DNA from: an uncultured Christensenellaceae bacterium
GTDB lineage: Bacteria; Bacillota; Clostridia; Christensenellales; CAG-1252
DNA: 64,000 nucleotides
Assembly (NCBI GenBank): GCA_964391805.1
Contig: CAYMNK010000005.1
Span: forward strand, 30,701 to 94,700
Direction: 5' to 3'
In this document: positions 54,108 to 62,199 of the stretch, in pieces
Layout: each line of letters starts with the position of its first letter
Position numbering within the stretch: position 1 is the first letter of the stretch
Position numbers and translations under genes: made by a program
Notes under the pieces: generated by a model
Seen by the model: only the letters and a program-made list of their open reading frames with translations
What the model was told of the DNA's origin: nothing
Databases searched by the model: none

Positions 54108-54136
54108 GCATAATATTTCACTAAAACGCATACCTT
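54108..54136 (+). promoter_or_regulatory. Sigma-E-like (mother-cell) promoter candidate abutting the spoIIID start codon
   Basis: GCATAAT (54108-54114), 14 nt, CATACCTT (54129-54136), compared with the B. subtilis sigma-E consensus as I recall it (ZHATAxx-14-CATACAHT). The -35 matches 7/7 and the -10 matches 6/8. The -10 ends 5 nt before the ATG. Confidence 0.3.
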
Positions 54137-54141
54137 TCATT

Positions 54142-54411
54142 ATGAATTATTCAATTAATGAAAGAACTCTTCTAATAGCGGATTATGTGATTAAACACCA
54201 TTCAACGGTGCGAGATGCCGCTCTTGTTTTCGGTATAGCAAAATCAACCATTCACAAGGATTTAACAAAAAGATTGCCACGATTAAGTCCGACAAAATAT
54301 AGTGAAATACGCAACATTCTCGATGAAAATTTTAAAGAAAGACACATAAGAGGGGGAGAAAGTACAAGAAAGATGTATTTAAGAAAAAGAGAGGAAATAA
54401 GAAAAAAGTGA
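54142..54411 (+). CDS. spoIIID: Sporulation stage III transcriptional regulator SpoIIID (89 aa)
   Basis: MNYSINERTLLIADYVIKHHSTVRDAALVFGIAKSTIHKDLTKRLPRLSP...RHIRGGESTRKMY aligns from residue 1 with B. subtilis SpoIIID (..IKERTIKIGKYIVETKKTVRVIAKEFGVSKSTVHKDLTERLP...RHLRGGEATK..). The size is right, at about 90 aa. Confidence 0.9.
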   Translation: MNYSINERTLLIADYVIKHHSTVRDAALVFGIAKSTIHKDLTKRLPRLSPTKYSEIRNILDENFKERHIRGGESTRKMYLRKREEIRKK

Positions 54412-54418
54412 TGTTTTA

Positions 54419-54615
54419 GTCCGCAAGATACCAAATTGTTAAGCAATTTGATTCTCACTTCGTTCGAATTTCGACTACGCTTACGCTACGCTCAGTATGA
54501 GGGGACGGGAAGTGCTCGTATGACATATATATTTATCCACAATATTACGTAGCAATGCATCATTTGCCGTAAGGCAAACATCATTCATCATTATACGGAG
54601 CATAACATCATTCAT
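54419..54615. repeat. Intergenic hairpin-rich repeat, copy B (about 197 nt)
   Basis: Homologous to 3073-3264 and in the same orientation. It starts 8 nt after the spoIIID stop codon. Hairpins are CAAATTG-TTAAG-CAATTTG and TTTGCC-GTAA-GGCAAA. An extra TTACGCTACGC duplication lies near 54481. Confidence 0.8.
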
Positions 54616-54675
54616 AATGACGTGACGGAAGCGTATAACGGCGGACGGAATTAACAATTGGTACCCATATGTGAG

Positions 54676-55410
54676 TTATTCTTCGGGCTTGGTCGGCCAA
54701 AGATTGTTGCGTTCGGGATGAAAAAGTGCAGACAACATATGCTCTTTGATATCCGGAATACGCTGAATTAATTCCTTTACAAATTCCTTAGCGTGCTCTC
54801 TTTCGGTATGTTTATCCGCAGGACACGGATTGATAACAACAGGCAAATCGAGCCTTTTAGCAGATGAAATTATATATTTTTCTTCCAAATATACCAATGG
54901 TCTTATTACCGTAATCCCCGTTCTATCCAAGTAACTTGTAGGCGAAAAAGTGGAAAAGCGACTTTCATACGCTAACGATAACAACATCGTTTCCAATACA
55001 TCATCGGCATGATGACCTAATGCTACTTTATTACATCCCAATTCTCGCGCTGCGTTACATAGGGCGCCTCTGCGCATTTTACTACACAAAGAACACGGAT
55101 TGCTCTCTTTACGAATATCGAATATTATTTCAGCAAGATCGGTTTCGATTACATGTAACTCCATACCTTCTTTGTCGAAAAATGCCCTTAGTTCGTTAAA
55201 TCTATTTTGATCGGTATCCTTAAACCCCATATCGACGTGTATGCCGATAACGGTAAATTTCTCGGGCGAAAACCTCGAATAATCGTGTAATGCCTTAGCA
55301 AGAACCAAACTATCCTTACCGCCCGATACGCCTACTGCGATTTTGTCACCGTCTTGAATCATCTTATAATCGTCGACGGCACGCCTTAATCCACTCAATA
55401 CTCTTTTCAT
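54676..55410 (-). CDS. ttcA: PP-loop ATPase, TtcA-family tRNA 2-thiocytidine synthetase-like (244 aa)
   Basis: PP-loop SGGKDS (VGVSGGKDSLVL), motif NPCSLCSKMRRG (CxxC), and a third Cys in INPCPADK. This matches the TtcA-type Fe-S ligand pattern. The gene lies 21 nt downstream of the ABC transporter gene, so they probably form an operon. Confidence 0.7.
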   Translation of the reverse strand: MKRVLSGLRRAVDDYKMIQDGDKIAVGVSGGKDSLVLAKALHDYSRFSPEKFTVIGIHVDMGFKDTDQNRFNELRAFFDKEGMELHVIETDLAEIIFDIRKESNPCSLCSKMRRGALCNAARELGCNKVALGHHADDVLETMLLSLAYESRFSTFSPTSYLDRTGITVIRPLVYLEEKYIISSAKRLDLPVVINPCPADKHTEREHAKEFVKELIQRIPDIKEHMLSALFHPERNNLWPTKPEE

Positions 55411-55431
55411 TTAATTATTACCTTTGTACAA

Positions 55432-57903
55432 CTATTCCGTTCTTAATGCAACTACAGGGTCCTTTTTACTTGCAAAGATTGCAGGAATAAGTCCCGAAAT
55501 AATGGTCAAGAACACACTCAACGCCACAAGAATAATTGCATTGGTCGGAGATAAAACTGCCAATCCCGATATACCCGTTAGCGCTCTAAGAATAATGCTT
55601 ATTAATGCATCTAATACATAACTGACTGCAATCGCCAATACACCGCTGGTTAAACCTATCATAAGGGTTTCTGCATTGAATATACGTGTAATATCCAACT
55701 TTCTTGCTCCCATTGCCCTCAATACGCCTATTTCCTTAGTCCGTTCCATTACCGATACGTAGGTTATAATACCTATCATTACCGAACTTACTATCAAAGA
55801 TATCGCGGCAAATGCTATCAATACATAGGATACTGCAGATATCATCGATTGCACCATACCTATCATGGCACTCGTAGTATCGGTGACGGTTATACGGTCT
55901 TCCTTTTCTTTATCCACATTATACGCGTTTAGATATTCGACAACTAATTCTTTATTTGCAAAGTTGGACGGATATATGAATACAACGGCGGGAAGGGTAG
56001 TACCACCGAGTTTGCGCATTGCCTCAAGATATATGGTTTCATCGTCAATACCTATCATTTCATTGGCATCGATACCCGAAAACTTGGATACGAGATTAAG
56101 CATACTTACCCATTCGTTAACAATGGCTTTACCCGTTTTTACATCTATAAATACCGCTTTTTCGTTAGCAGACTTGGCAGCGAGATAATTTTGATATGCT
56201 TGTGCTTGTGCTTGGACTATTTTAGAATTTTGTTCTACCTCTAAAATTTCTTCCATCAATCCGTGAGTGTACGCTATACCCGATGATAGCCACATCGCTT
56301 TAGCATCGGGATTACTTCTCAATATCGCTGTGATTTTGAGTTTCTTACCTTGTGCATACATTTCGGAATACGGAACGGTGCTTTCGGAAAATACGCCGTT
56401 AGCGCCCTCGGTATAATATGTATCGTTATAAACTAAACTAAGTTCGACACCCAACAAACTTTCAAACGGTACCGATAAATATCCTAATCCGTCTTCCGAA
56501 CGAGAATAATCGACATGAAGAACATCGAGTATTTTGGTACTGATTCTATTATACGAGTCGACAACCAAGGCTATCTCGTCGGGTGCGGTAGGATAATAAC
56601 CCGCGACGTTGATGACGTCATATTGCGATTGCATATATTCGGGATTATCTAACAATTCTTGCCATCCGGTATCATCGGCATTAACCAACTGATAAAAATC
56701 TTCTTCATATTTCAATATCAAATGTGCATCATACGTTCGGAAATATTGGACAGCATTGATTAAAGAACTATCCATATTCTCGACATAAGCGATAAACTCG
56801 TCGTTGATCTTACTCTTGGTAACTAAACTATTAAGCGCACTTTGAAAATTGGATTCGTACGGATATACCACCGTTCCGTCGGGATAGTGTATCATTCCGT
56901 CGGCGCCTATCAACAATTCCATACTATCGCTGACGCTACCGCTATTGGCTATATTCATAAGTTTGGAAAAATCACCCGAAATCGCCGAAACACTTATAGG
57001 AAATTCGCTAAGGCTATCCACTTGCATTCCCTGCATATAGGCATTCAATCCGTTGGATACCGATAAAATAAGCGCTATACCTATAATACCGATACTGCCT
57101 GCAATACAAGTAAGCATCGTCCTTGCCTTCTTTGAAACCAAATTCTTAAAACTCGATTTAACCGCCGTCCAAAACGACATCGAAGTTTTACCCGTGATAA
57201 CCTTACTTTCAGAAGACTTCTCTATAACATACGGATCGGTATCACCCTCGACCTTACCGTCCTTGAGTGTAATTATACGTGTACTGTATTCATCCGCTAA
57301 CTCCGGATTATGGGTGACCATGATTACGAGTCTATCACGAGAAACCTCTTTGAGCAATTCCATAATCTGAACACTGGTAACACTGTCCAATGCACCAGTC
57401 GGCTCATCCGCTAAAATGATTTCGGGGTTGGTAATTAATGCACGTGCTATAGCGACTCTTTGCATCTGACCGCCCGAAAGTTGGTTAGGGAGTTTCTTCT
57501 CTTGACCGTTCAATCCGACCTTAGCCAATACTTCCATCGCCCTTTGTTTACGCTCGGACGAATTCTCCCCGCCGATGTTGAGCGCCATCTCGACGTTTTC
57601 GAGCACGGTAAGGTGCGGGATAAGATTATAACTTTGGAATACGAAGCCTATACTGTGATTGCGGTAGACGTCCCAATCGGAATCCTTATATAGACGCGTA
57701 GAAACTCCGTCGATACATATATCGCCCGACGTATAACGGTCCAATCCGCCTATAATGTTAAGCAGAGTAGTTTTACCACATCCGGATGCACCTAAAATAG
57801 ATACGAATTCGCTCTTTCTGAATCCGATAGATACACCGTTAAGAGCAAGAACGGCATTTTCTCCCTCTCCGTAGCATTTTACTATTTCTTTTAATTCCAA
57901 CAT
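55432..57903 (-). CDS. Fused ABC transporter: ATPase plus MacB/FtsX-type permease (823 aa from ATG 57903)
   Basis: Walker A GASGCGKTT, signature LSGGQMQRVAIARAL and Walker B ILADEPTGALD. Then come TM1, a large extracytoplasmic domain, and the C-terminal FtsX-like MERTKEIGVLRAMGARK plus 3 TM helices. GAGGGAAGG sits 6 nt before ATG 57903. The track ORF opens at a TTG at 57933. Confidence 0.9.
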   Translation of the reverse strand: MLELKEIVKCYGEGENAVLALNGVSIGFRKSEFVSILGASGCGKTTLLNIIGGLDRYTSGDICIDGVSTRLYKDSDWDVYRNHSIGFVFQSYNLIPHLTVLENVEMALNIGGENSSERKQRAMEVLAKVGLNGQEKKLPNQLSGGQMQRVAIARALITNPEIILADEPTGALDSVTSVQIMELLKEVSRDRLVIMVTHNPELADEYSTRIITLKDGKVEGDTDPYVIEKSSESKVITGKTSMSFWTAVKSSFKNLVSKKARTMLTCIAGSIGIIGIALILSVSNGLNAYMQGMQVDSLSEFPISVSAISGDFSKLMNIANSGSVSDSMELLIGADGMIHYPDGTVVYPYESNFQSALNSLVTKSKINDEFIAYVENMDSSLINAVQYFRTYDAHLILKYEEDFYQLVNADDTGWQELLDNPEYMQSQYDVINVAGYYPTAPDEIALVVDSYNRISTKILDVLHVDYSRSEDGLGYLSVPFESLLGVELSLVYNDTYYTEGANGVFSESTVPYSEMYAQGKKLKITAILRSNPDAKAMWLSSGIAYTHGLMEEILEVEQNSKIVQAQAQAYQNYLAAKSANEKAVFIDVKTGKAIVNEWVSMLNLVSKFSGIDANEMIGIDDETIYLEAMRKLGGTTLPAVVFIYPSNFANKELVVEYLNAYNVDKEKEDRITVTDTTSAMIGMVQSMISAVSYVLIAFAAISLIVSSVMIGIITYVSVMERTKEIGVLRAMGARKLDITRIFNAETLMIGLTSGVLAIAVSYVLDALISIILRALTGISGLAVLSPTNAIILVALSVFLTIISGLIPAIFASKKDPVVALRTE

Positions 57904-57957
57904 TTCGACCTTCCCTCGTTTGTAGGTTAACAAACGATTATTGTATAAGCTTCTATT

Positions 57958-57966
57958 ATTATAGCA
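57958..57966 (-). promoter_or_regulatory. Extended -10 (TGcTATAAT) candidate for the ABC/ttcA operon
   Basis: On the minus strand, TGCTATAAT lies about 55 nt upstream of ATG 57903. The -35 is weak (TTTAAT). Confidence 0.3.
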
Positions 57967-58112
57967 TTTATATTGAAAGAATTAAACTTTTTGACGCATT
58001 ATTTTTGTTAAAAATATTTATTTTAGGTTAATGATTTTTGATTTTCATTTTTTCAAATCGCAAAATGCCTCATTTTATCGCCTTTATTTAAAATATTTAA
58101 TTATGCTCATCA

Positions 58113-58141
58113 TTGACATATGGGGTATAATGATTTAAAAT
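58113..58141 (+). promoter_or_regulatory. Candidate sigma-A-type promoter for the MFS transporter gene
   Basis: TTGACA (58113-58118), 17-nt spacer, TAAAAT (58136-58141). A leader of about 23 nt contains GGAGAG (58160-58165). Confidence 0.5.
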
Positions 58142-58170
58142 ATTAATGTAGTATAATGCGGAGAGTACGA

Positions 58171-60198
58171 ATGAACGACGAAAAATACAACGACAACATA
58201 AATAACATAGAAGAATCGGTCCAAGAAGACAATAATTCCGATAAATTCACATCCCTTAAACTTAATTATCCTAAAACACTTAAGGTAGGGTTGGGGTTTG
58301 CTTCGGTTATGCTCTTTTGGCATGTATACAATTTCGTAATGCCTCTTCTCCTCGAAGATGCTTTCGGTTTTTCTAATACCGTTAGAAATGTTATCGTAGG
58401 TATCGCAAGCGCCTTATGTATGATCCTTTTGCCGTTCTTCGGTAAAATCAGCGATAAATGCAATTCTAAATACGGTAAGCGCACACCGTTCATCGTAATC
58501 GGGTCGGTAATTACCATACTCGCTCTAATGTTCGTGCCTCTTTCCGTAAACGGTCAGATCAAAAGTTCGTCAATCATCAAAAAAGATTACGAATATTTCT
58601 TCAACGTTGCGGACAGCGATATCACCGTTCAATATATGTTCGATGACCTATCCGACTACGGTATAAATAAAGGCGATACCGTGACAAGACACGAACTACT
58701 CGGCGTTTGGTACGATATGGCGGAAAACGGCGATCATTCTATGATAAGCAAGGCTACATATATGGATCTTATCGATAACGAATCTATAAGTGTAAACCCG
58801 AAACTTCTATTTTGTTCTCTTTATAATCCTAATATATCAAACAACGGATTGCTTGACCTAATAGGCGCAACCGAATACTATAAAACGGAAGTGCATTGTC
58901 AAATAATCGACGGAAATAGAGTATATACCATTTTTGACGGCGAAACTTATACGGCTTCGATATTCGGTTCGCGCGACGGTTCTACCACCACTATAGAAAA
59001 ATCGGAGTTGACCGACGAGCAACGGAATATTCTCGACAACTGTACATTGACAAAGGAAGAATACGATAATCTAACCGATGAGTATATCAAATTCTCGGCG
59101 TACCTTAGCGATGCCGTCAATAACTTTACCGCTAAAAACGTGCAAAGTAAGGTAAATTGGGGGTATTTCACGGCATTCCTCGCCACGATTATCGTTATCA
59201 TTCTCGCACAAACGGTGATTCGCACTCCTGCGGTATCGCTGATGCCCGATATCACGCCAAGTCCCTTGCGTAGTATCGGAAACGCGATGGTCAACCTAAT
59301 AGGCGGTATAGGCGGAGGCGTGGGATTTTTAATTTATACAACTGCATTCCTATTAGATATCGACGTCACAATTCAATATTGGTTGATATTCGGTATTCTT
59401 GCCGTTGCAATAACCATTTGCCTTTTGCTTTACATCATACTGGTTAAGGAAAACAAGTGGAGCTATGAATGCAAGGAAGTTTGCAAAGAATTAGGACTTC
59501 CGACTGAAGAAGAAAAAACCGAGGAACATTCACACAAATTAATAGATACCTTCAAACAATATAAGCCTAAACAAATCGTAGGTTTTTGTCTTATACTCGC
59601 TTCGGTATTTATGTGGTTTATAGGCTACTACGCTATTACAAGCAATATGTCTATCTATTGCGTTAAAGTGCTCAACATTTCGGCAGGTATCGCATCCATT
59701 GTATCGGGCGCAAGTTACCTTATTGCGGCTATAGGCATTATTCCAGTAGGATTCATGGCCAAACATATGGGTAGAAAAATTTCCATTCTCTTCGGATACT
59801 CTATGGCGATTATTTCATACATCCTCGTAACAATTTTCGTTCAGAGAGGTTCCGATACCGCTACAGTCATTTTTATGGTTTGCTACATGGTAAGCGGGTT
59901 CGGGTTGGTATTTGCTAACGTGAACGCACTTCCTATGGTTTTGGAGTTATCCACTCCCAAGGATATCGGTACATTTACCGGTATTTACTATGTTGCAACG
60001 ATGTCTGCTCAAACACTCGGTCCCGTTTTCGGAGGTATCGTAATGGACAACTTAGGCGGTTCGAGAGCACTGTTTGTTTTCTCGGCAGTAATAGTTGCCA
60101 TTGCCATTATACTTATGTGTTTCGTTAAGTCGGGAGAGGCACCCGATTTCGAACTGAGAAGACAACAAAGAAAACAAGCGAAGGCACAAAAAGCCTAA
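58171..60198 (+). CDS. MFS-type transporter with a roughly 200-aa insert between TM3 and TM4 (675 aa from ATG 58171)
   Basis: About 12 hydrophobic helices. The motif GKISDKCNSKYGKRTPFIVIG after TM2 resembles the MFS/GPH loop 2-3 motif. GGAGAG sits 5 nt before ATG 58171. The track ORF opens 15 nt earlier, at 58156. Confidence 0.8.
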   Translation: MNDEKYNDNINNIEESVQEDNNSDKFTSLKLNYPKTLKVGLGFASVMLFWHVYNFVMPLLLEDAFGFSNTVRNVIVGIASALCMILLPFFGKISDKCNSKYGKRTPFIVIGSVITILALMFVPLSVNGQIKSSSIIKKDYEYFFNVADSDITVQYMFDDLSDYGINKGDTVTRHELLGVWYDMAENGDHSMISKATYMDLIDNESISVNPKLLFCSLYNPNISNNGLLDLIGATEYYKTEVHCQIIDGNRVYTIFDGETYTASIFGSRDGSTTTIEKSELTDEQRNILDNCTLTKEEYDNLTDEYIKFSAYLSDAVNNFTAKNVQSKVNWGYFTAFLATIIVIILAQTVIRTPAVSLMPDITPSPLRSIGNAMVNLIGGIGGGVGFLIYTTAFLLDIDVTIQYWLIFGILAVAITICLLLYIILVKENKWSYECKEVCKELGLPTEEEKTEEHSHKLIDTFKQYKPKQIVGFCLILASVFMWFIGYYAITSNMSIYCVKVLNISAGIASIVSGASYLIAAIGIIPVGFMAKHMGRKISILFGYSMAIISYILVTIFVQRGSDTATVIFMVCYMVSGFGLVFANVNALPMVLELSTPKDIGTFTGIYYVATMSAQTLGPVFGGIVMDNLGGSRALFVFSAVIVAIAIILMCFVKSGEAPDFELRRQQRKQAKAQKA

Positions 60199-60207
60199 AG
60201 GATTAAT

Positions 60208-62199
60208 ATGCTATTTCAAGCACAAGACATAAAATTCAGTTTCGAGGATAACGTAATTCTCGATAATGTCAACATCACATTTGACGATAAGGACAGAATA
60301 GGTTTTATAGGCAAAAACGGTGCCGGTAAAACAACTTTTTTGCGTTTAATCGCAGGTGAATTGATTGCCGATAAAGGCGAGATAATCAAAAAACGAAATC
60401 TTTCTATAGGTTATTTAAAACAAAACGCAGGTCTCGATGGCGATAAATCGGTTTATGAAACAATGCTCGATTCGTTTAGTAAGGTTTTTGAGGCTGAAAA
60501 CGAAATGAGAGAAATCGAACAAAAACTATCCAAAACATCTCCCGATTCAATCGAATATACTATACTTGCTTCAAGACACAGAGAGTTAGACAATTATCAC
60601 ACCGCGAAAGGCGGTTACGATATAGATTATAAAATCAAAACCGTTTTGAACGGTATGAGCTTCATGGATTCTTATGATAAGTCGGTTAATGTTATGAGCG
60701 GTGGCGAAAGAACAAGACTTGCGCTTGCTAAATTGTTACTATCTGACGTAGATCTTCTTATACTTGACGAACCTACCAACCACCTCGATGTGGCGACCAT
60801 GAACTGGCTTGAAAAATATCTGCAAGAAGAGTTTAAAGGTTGTTTACTTATAGTATCGCACGACAGATATTTCCTCGACAAAACAGTTAACAAAGTTTGG
60901 GAACTCGAAAACCTGAGTGTCAAAGAATACAGAGGGAACTACTCTAAGTATAAACAACAAAAAGAAGAATACCTCTATGCATGGGAAAGAGCATATAAAA
61001 AACAACACGAACAAGTGGAAGCGATGCTCGATTACGCAGAACGCAACATAGTAAGAGCGACCACCTCGAAAAGTGCAAAAAGCAGGCTTCACAGATTAGC
61101 GAATATGGACATAATCGATAAGCCGACTCCACCTGAAAAGCCACCCATATTCGGGTTTAAACAAAAAAACGAGGCAAATAAAAACGTATTAAGCGTTAAT
61201 GATTTACACCTTACGGTTGCGGATATTACACTATGTAATAGCGTTTCTTTCGAGGTAGCTGTAAAGGATAGACTCGCTATTGTCGGTCCAAACGGTGTAG
61301 GTAAAAGTACTTTAATCAAAACATTGCTCGGTATAGAAAATGCCCAAACCGACCACTACAATCCTGTTCCTAATTTACAAAGTAGCGGTGAAATGAAGGG
61401 ATTGCCACGAGAGAGACATTGTAACGGTGCGATAACTTACGGTAAAAACCTTAGAATAAGCTATTACGACCAAGAAAACGTGAATTTGACACCGACGAAT
61501 ACCGTGCTCGAAGAGTTATGGTACAGATTTCCGTCGTTTACCCAAACTACGGCAAGGTCCATACTTGCAAAAATGCTTTTTACCGCAGAAGATATGGATA
61601 AACGCGTGTCATCGCTCTCGGGCGGTGAAAGAGCAAAACTTGCCTTTGCTATAGTGTTGGCAGAAGAATCCAATCTTCTCTTTTTCGACGAACCGACAAA
61701 CCATTTAGATTTGTTGGCAAGAGAGGCTCTCGAAAAGGGTATCAACGAATATGAAGGTACCGTAATTTATGTTTCGCACGATAGATACTTTATGAATGCT
61801 ACCGCGACATCGGTGCTGGAATTGTCGCCTATGGGTACACGTACTTTCAAAGGATCTTATGATAAGTATCTTCAGACAATCGAAAAAGAAATTAAAGCCG
61901 AACGAGTCAAAAACGAAGAAATCAAAAAAGAAAGAATTGCCGAAGAAAAACCGCAACCGCAATCGGTTCCTAAGTCTTATAAGACTAAAGAGGATAGACG
62001 CAGAGAGGCAAAACGAGTGGAGCGTATAAGGGAAATCGAACAGTTAATCACCCAAAAAGAGGCGCTTATCAAAGACCTTAATAATCAAATATTCAACGGC
62101 AAAGAATATGAGAAGATGAACGAAATATACGCTAATATCGAAAGCGAACAAAAAATATTGGAGGAGTTATACGCGGAATGGGAAACACTATCGGAATAA
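60208..62199 (+). CDS. ABC-F family ATPase (663 aa; two NBDs, no TM domain, C-terminal coiled coil)
   Basis: NBD1: GKNGAGKTTF, MSGGERTRLALAKLL, LILDEPTNHLD. NBD2: GPNGVGKSTL, LSGGERAKLAFAIVL, LFFDEPTNHLD. It has an inter-domain linker and a K/E-rich C-terminal tail. Confidence 0.9.
   Translation: MLFQAQDIKFSFEDNVILDNVNITFDDKDRIGFIGKNGAGKTTFLRLIAGELIADKGEIIKKRNLSIGYLKQNAGLDGDKSVYETMLDSFSKVFEAENEMREIEQKLSKTSPDSIEYTILASRHRELDNYHTAKGGYDIDYKIKTVLNGMSFMDSYDKSVNVMSGGERTRLALAKLLLSDVDLLILDEPTNHLDVATMNWLEKYLQEEFKGCLLIVSHDRYFLDKTVNKVWELENLSVKEYRGNYSKYKQQKEEYLYAWERAYKKQHEQVEAMLDYAERNIVRATTSKSAKSRLHRLANMDIIDKPTPPEKPPIFGFKQKNEANKNVLSVNDLHLTVADITLCNSVSFEVAVKDRLAIVGPNGVGKSTLIKTLLGIENAQTDHYNPVPNLQSSGEMKGLPRERHCNGAITYGKNLRISYYDQENVNLTPTNTVLEELWYRFPSFTQTTARSILAKMLFTAEDMDKRVSSLSGGERAKLAFAIVLAEESNLLFFDEPTNHLDLLAREALEKGINEYEGTVIYVSHDRYFMNATATSVLELSPMGTRTFKGSYDKYLQTIEKEIKAERVKNEEIKKERIAEEKPQPQSVPKSYKTKEDRRREAKRVERIREIEQLITQKEALIKDLNNQIFNGKEYEKMNEIYANIESEQKILEELYAEWETLSE

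Noticed and set aside
57904-57933. The track ORF for the ABC transporter starts at a TTG 10 codons upstream. Likewise the MFS ORF starts at ATG 58156, 5 codons upstream.
   Set aside because: GAGGGAAGG precedes ATG 57903 and GGAGAG precedes ATG 58171. The upstream starts have no SD-like motif, so the upstream extensions were not used.
58113-58131. A perfect TTGACA (58113) and a perfect TATAAT (58126) lie close together upstream of the MFS gene.
   Set aside because: Their spacer is only 7 nt, which cannot work as a promoter pair. TTGACA pairs at a proper 17 nt with TAAAAT (58136-58141) instead.
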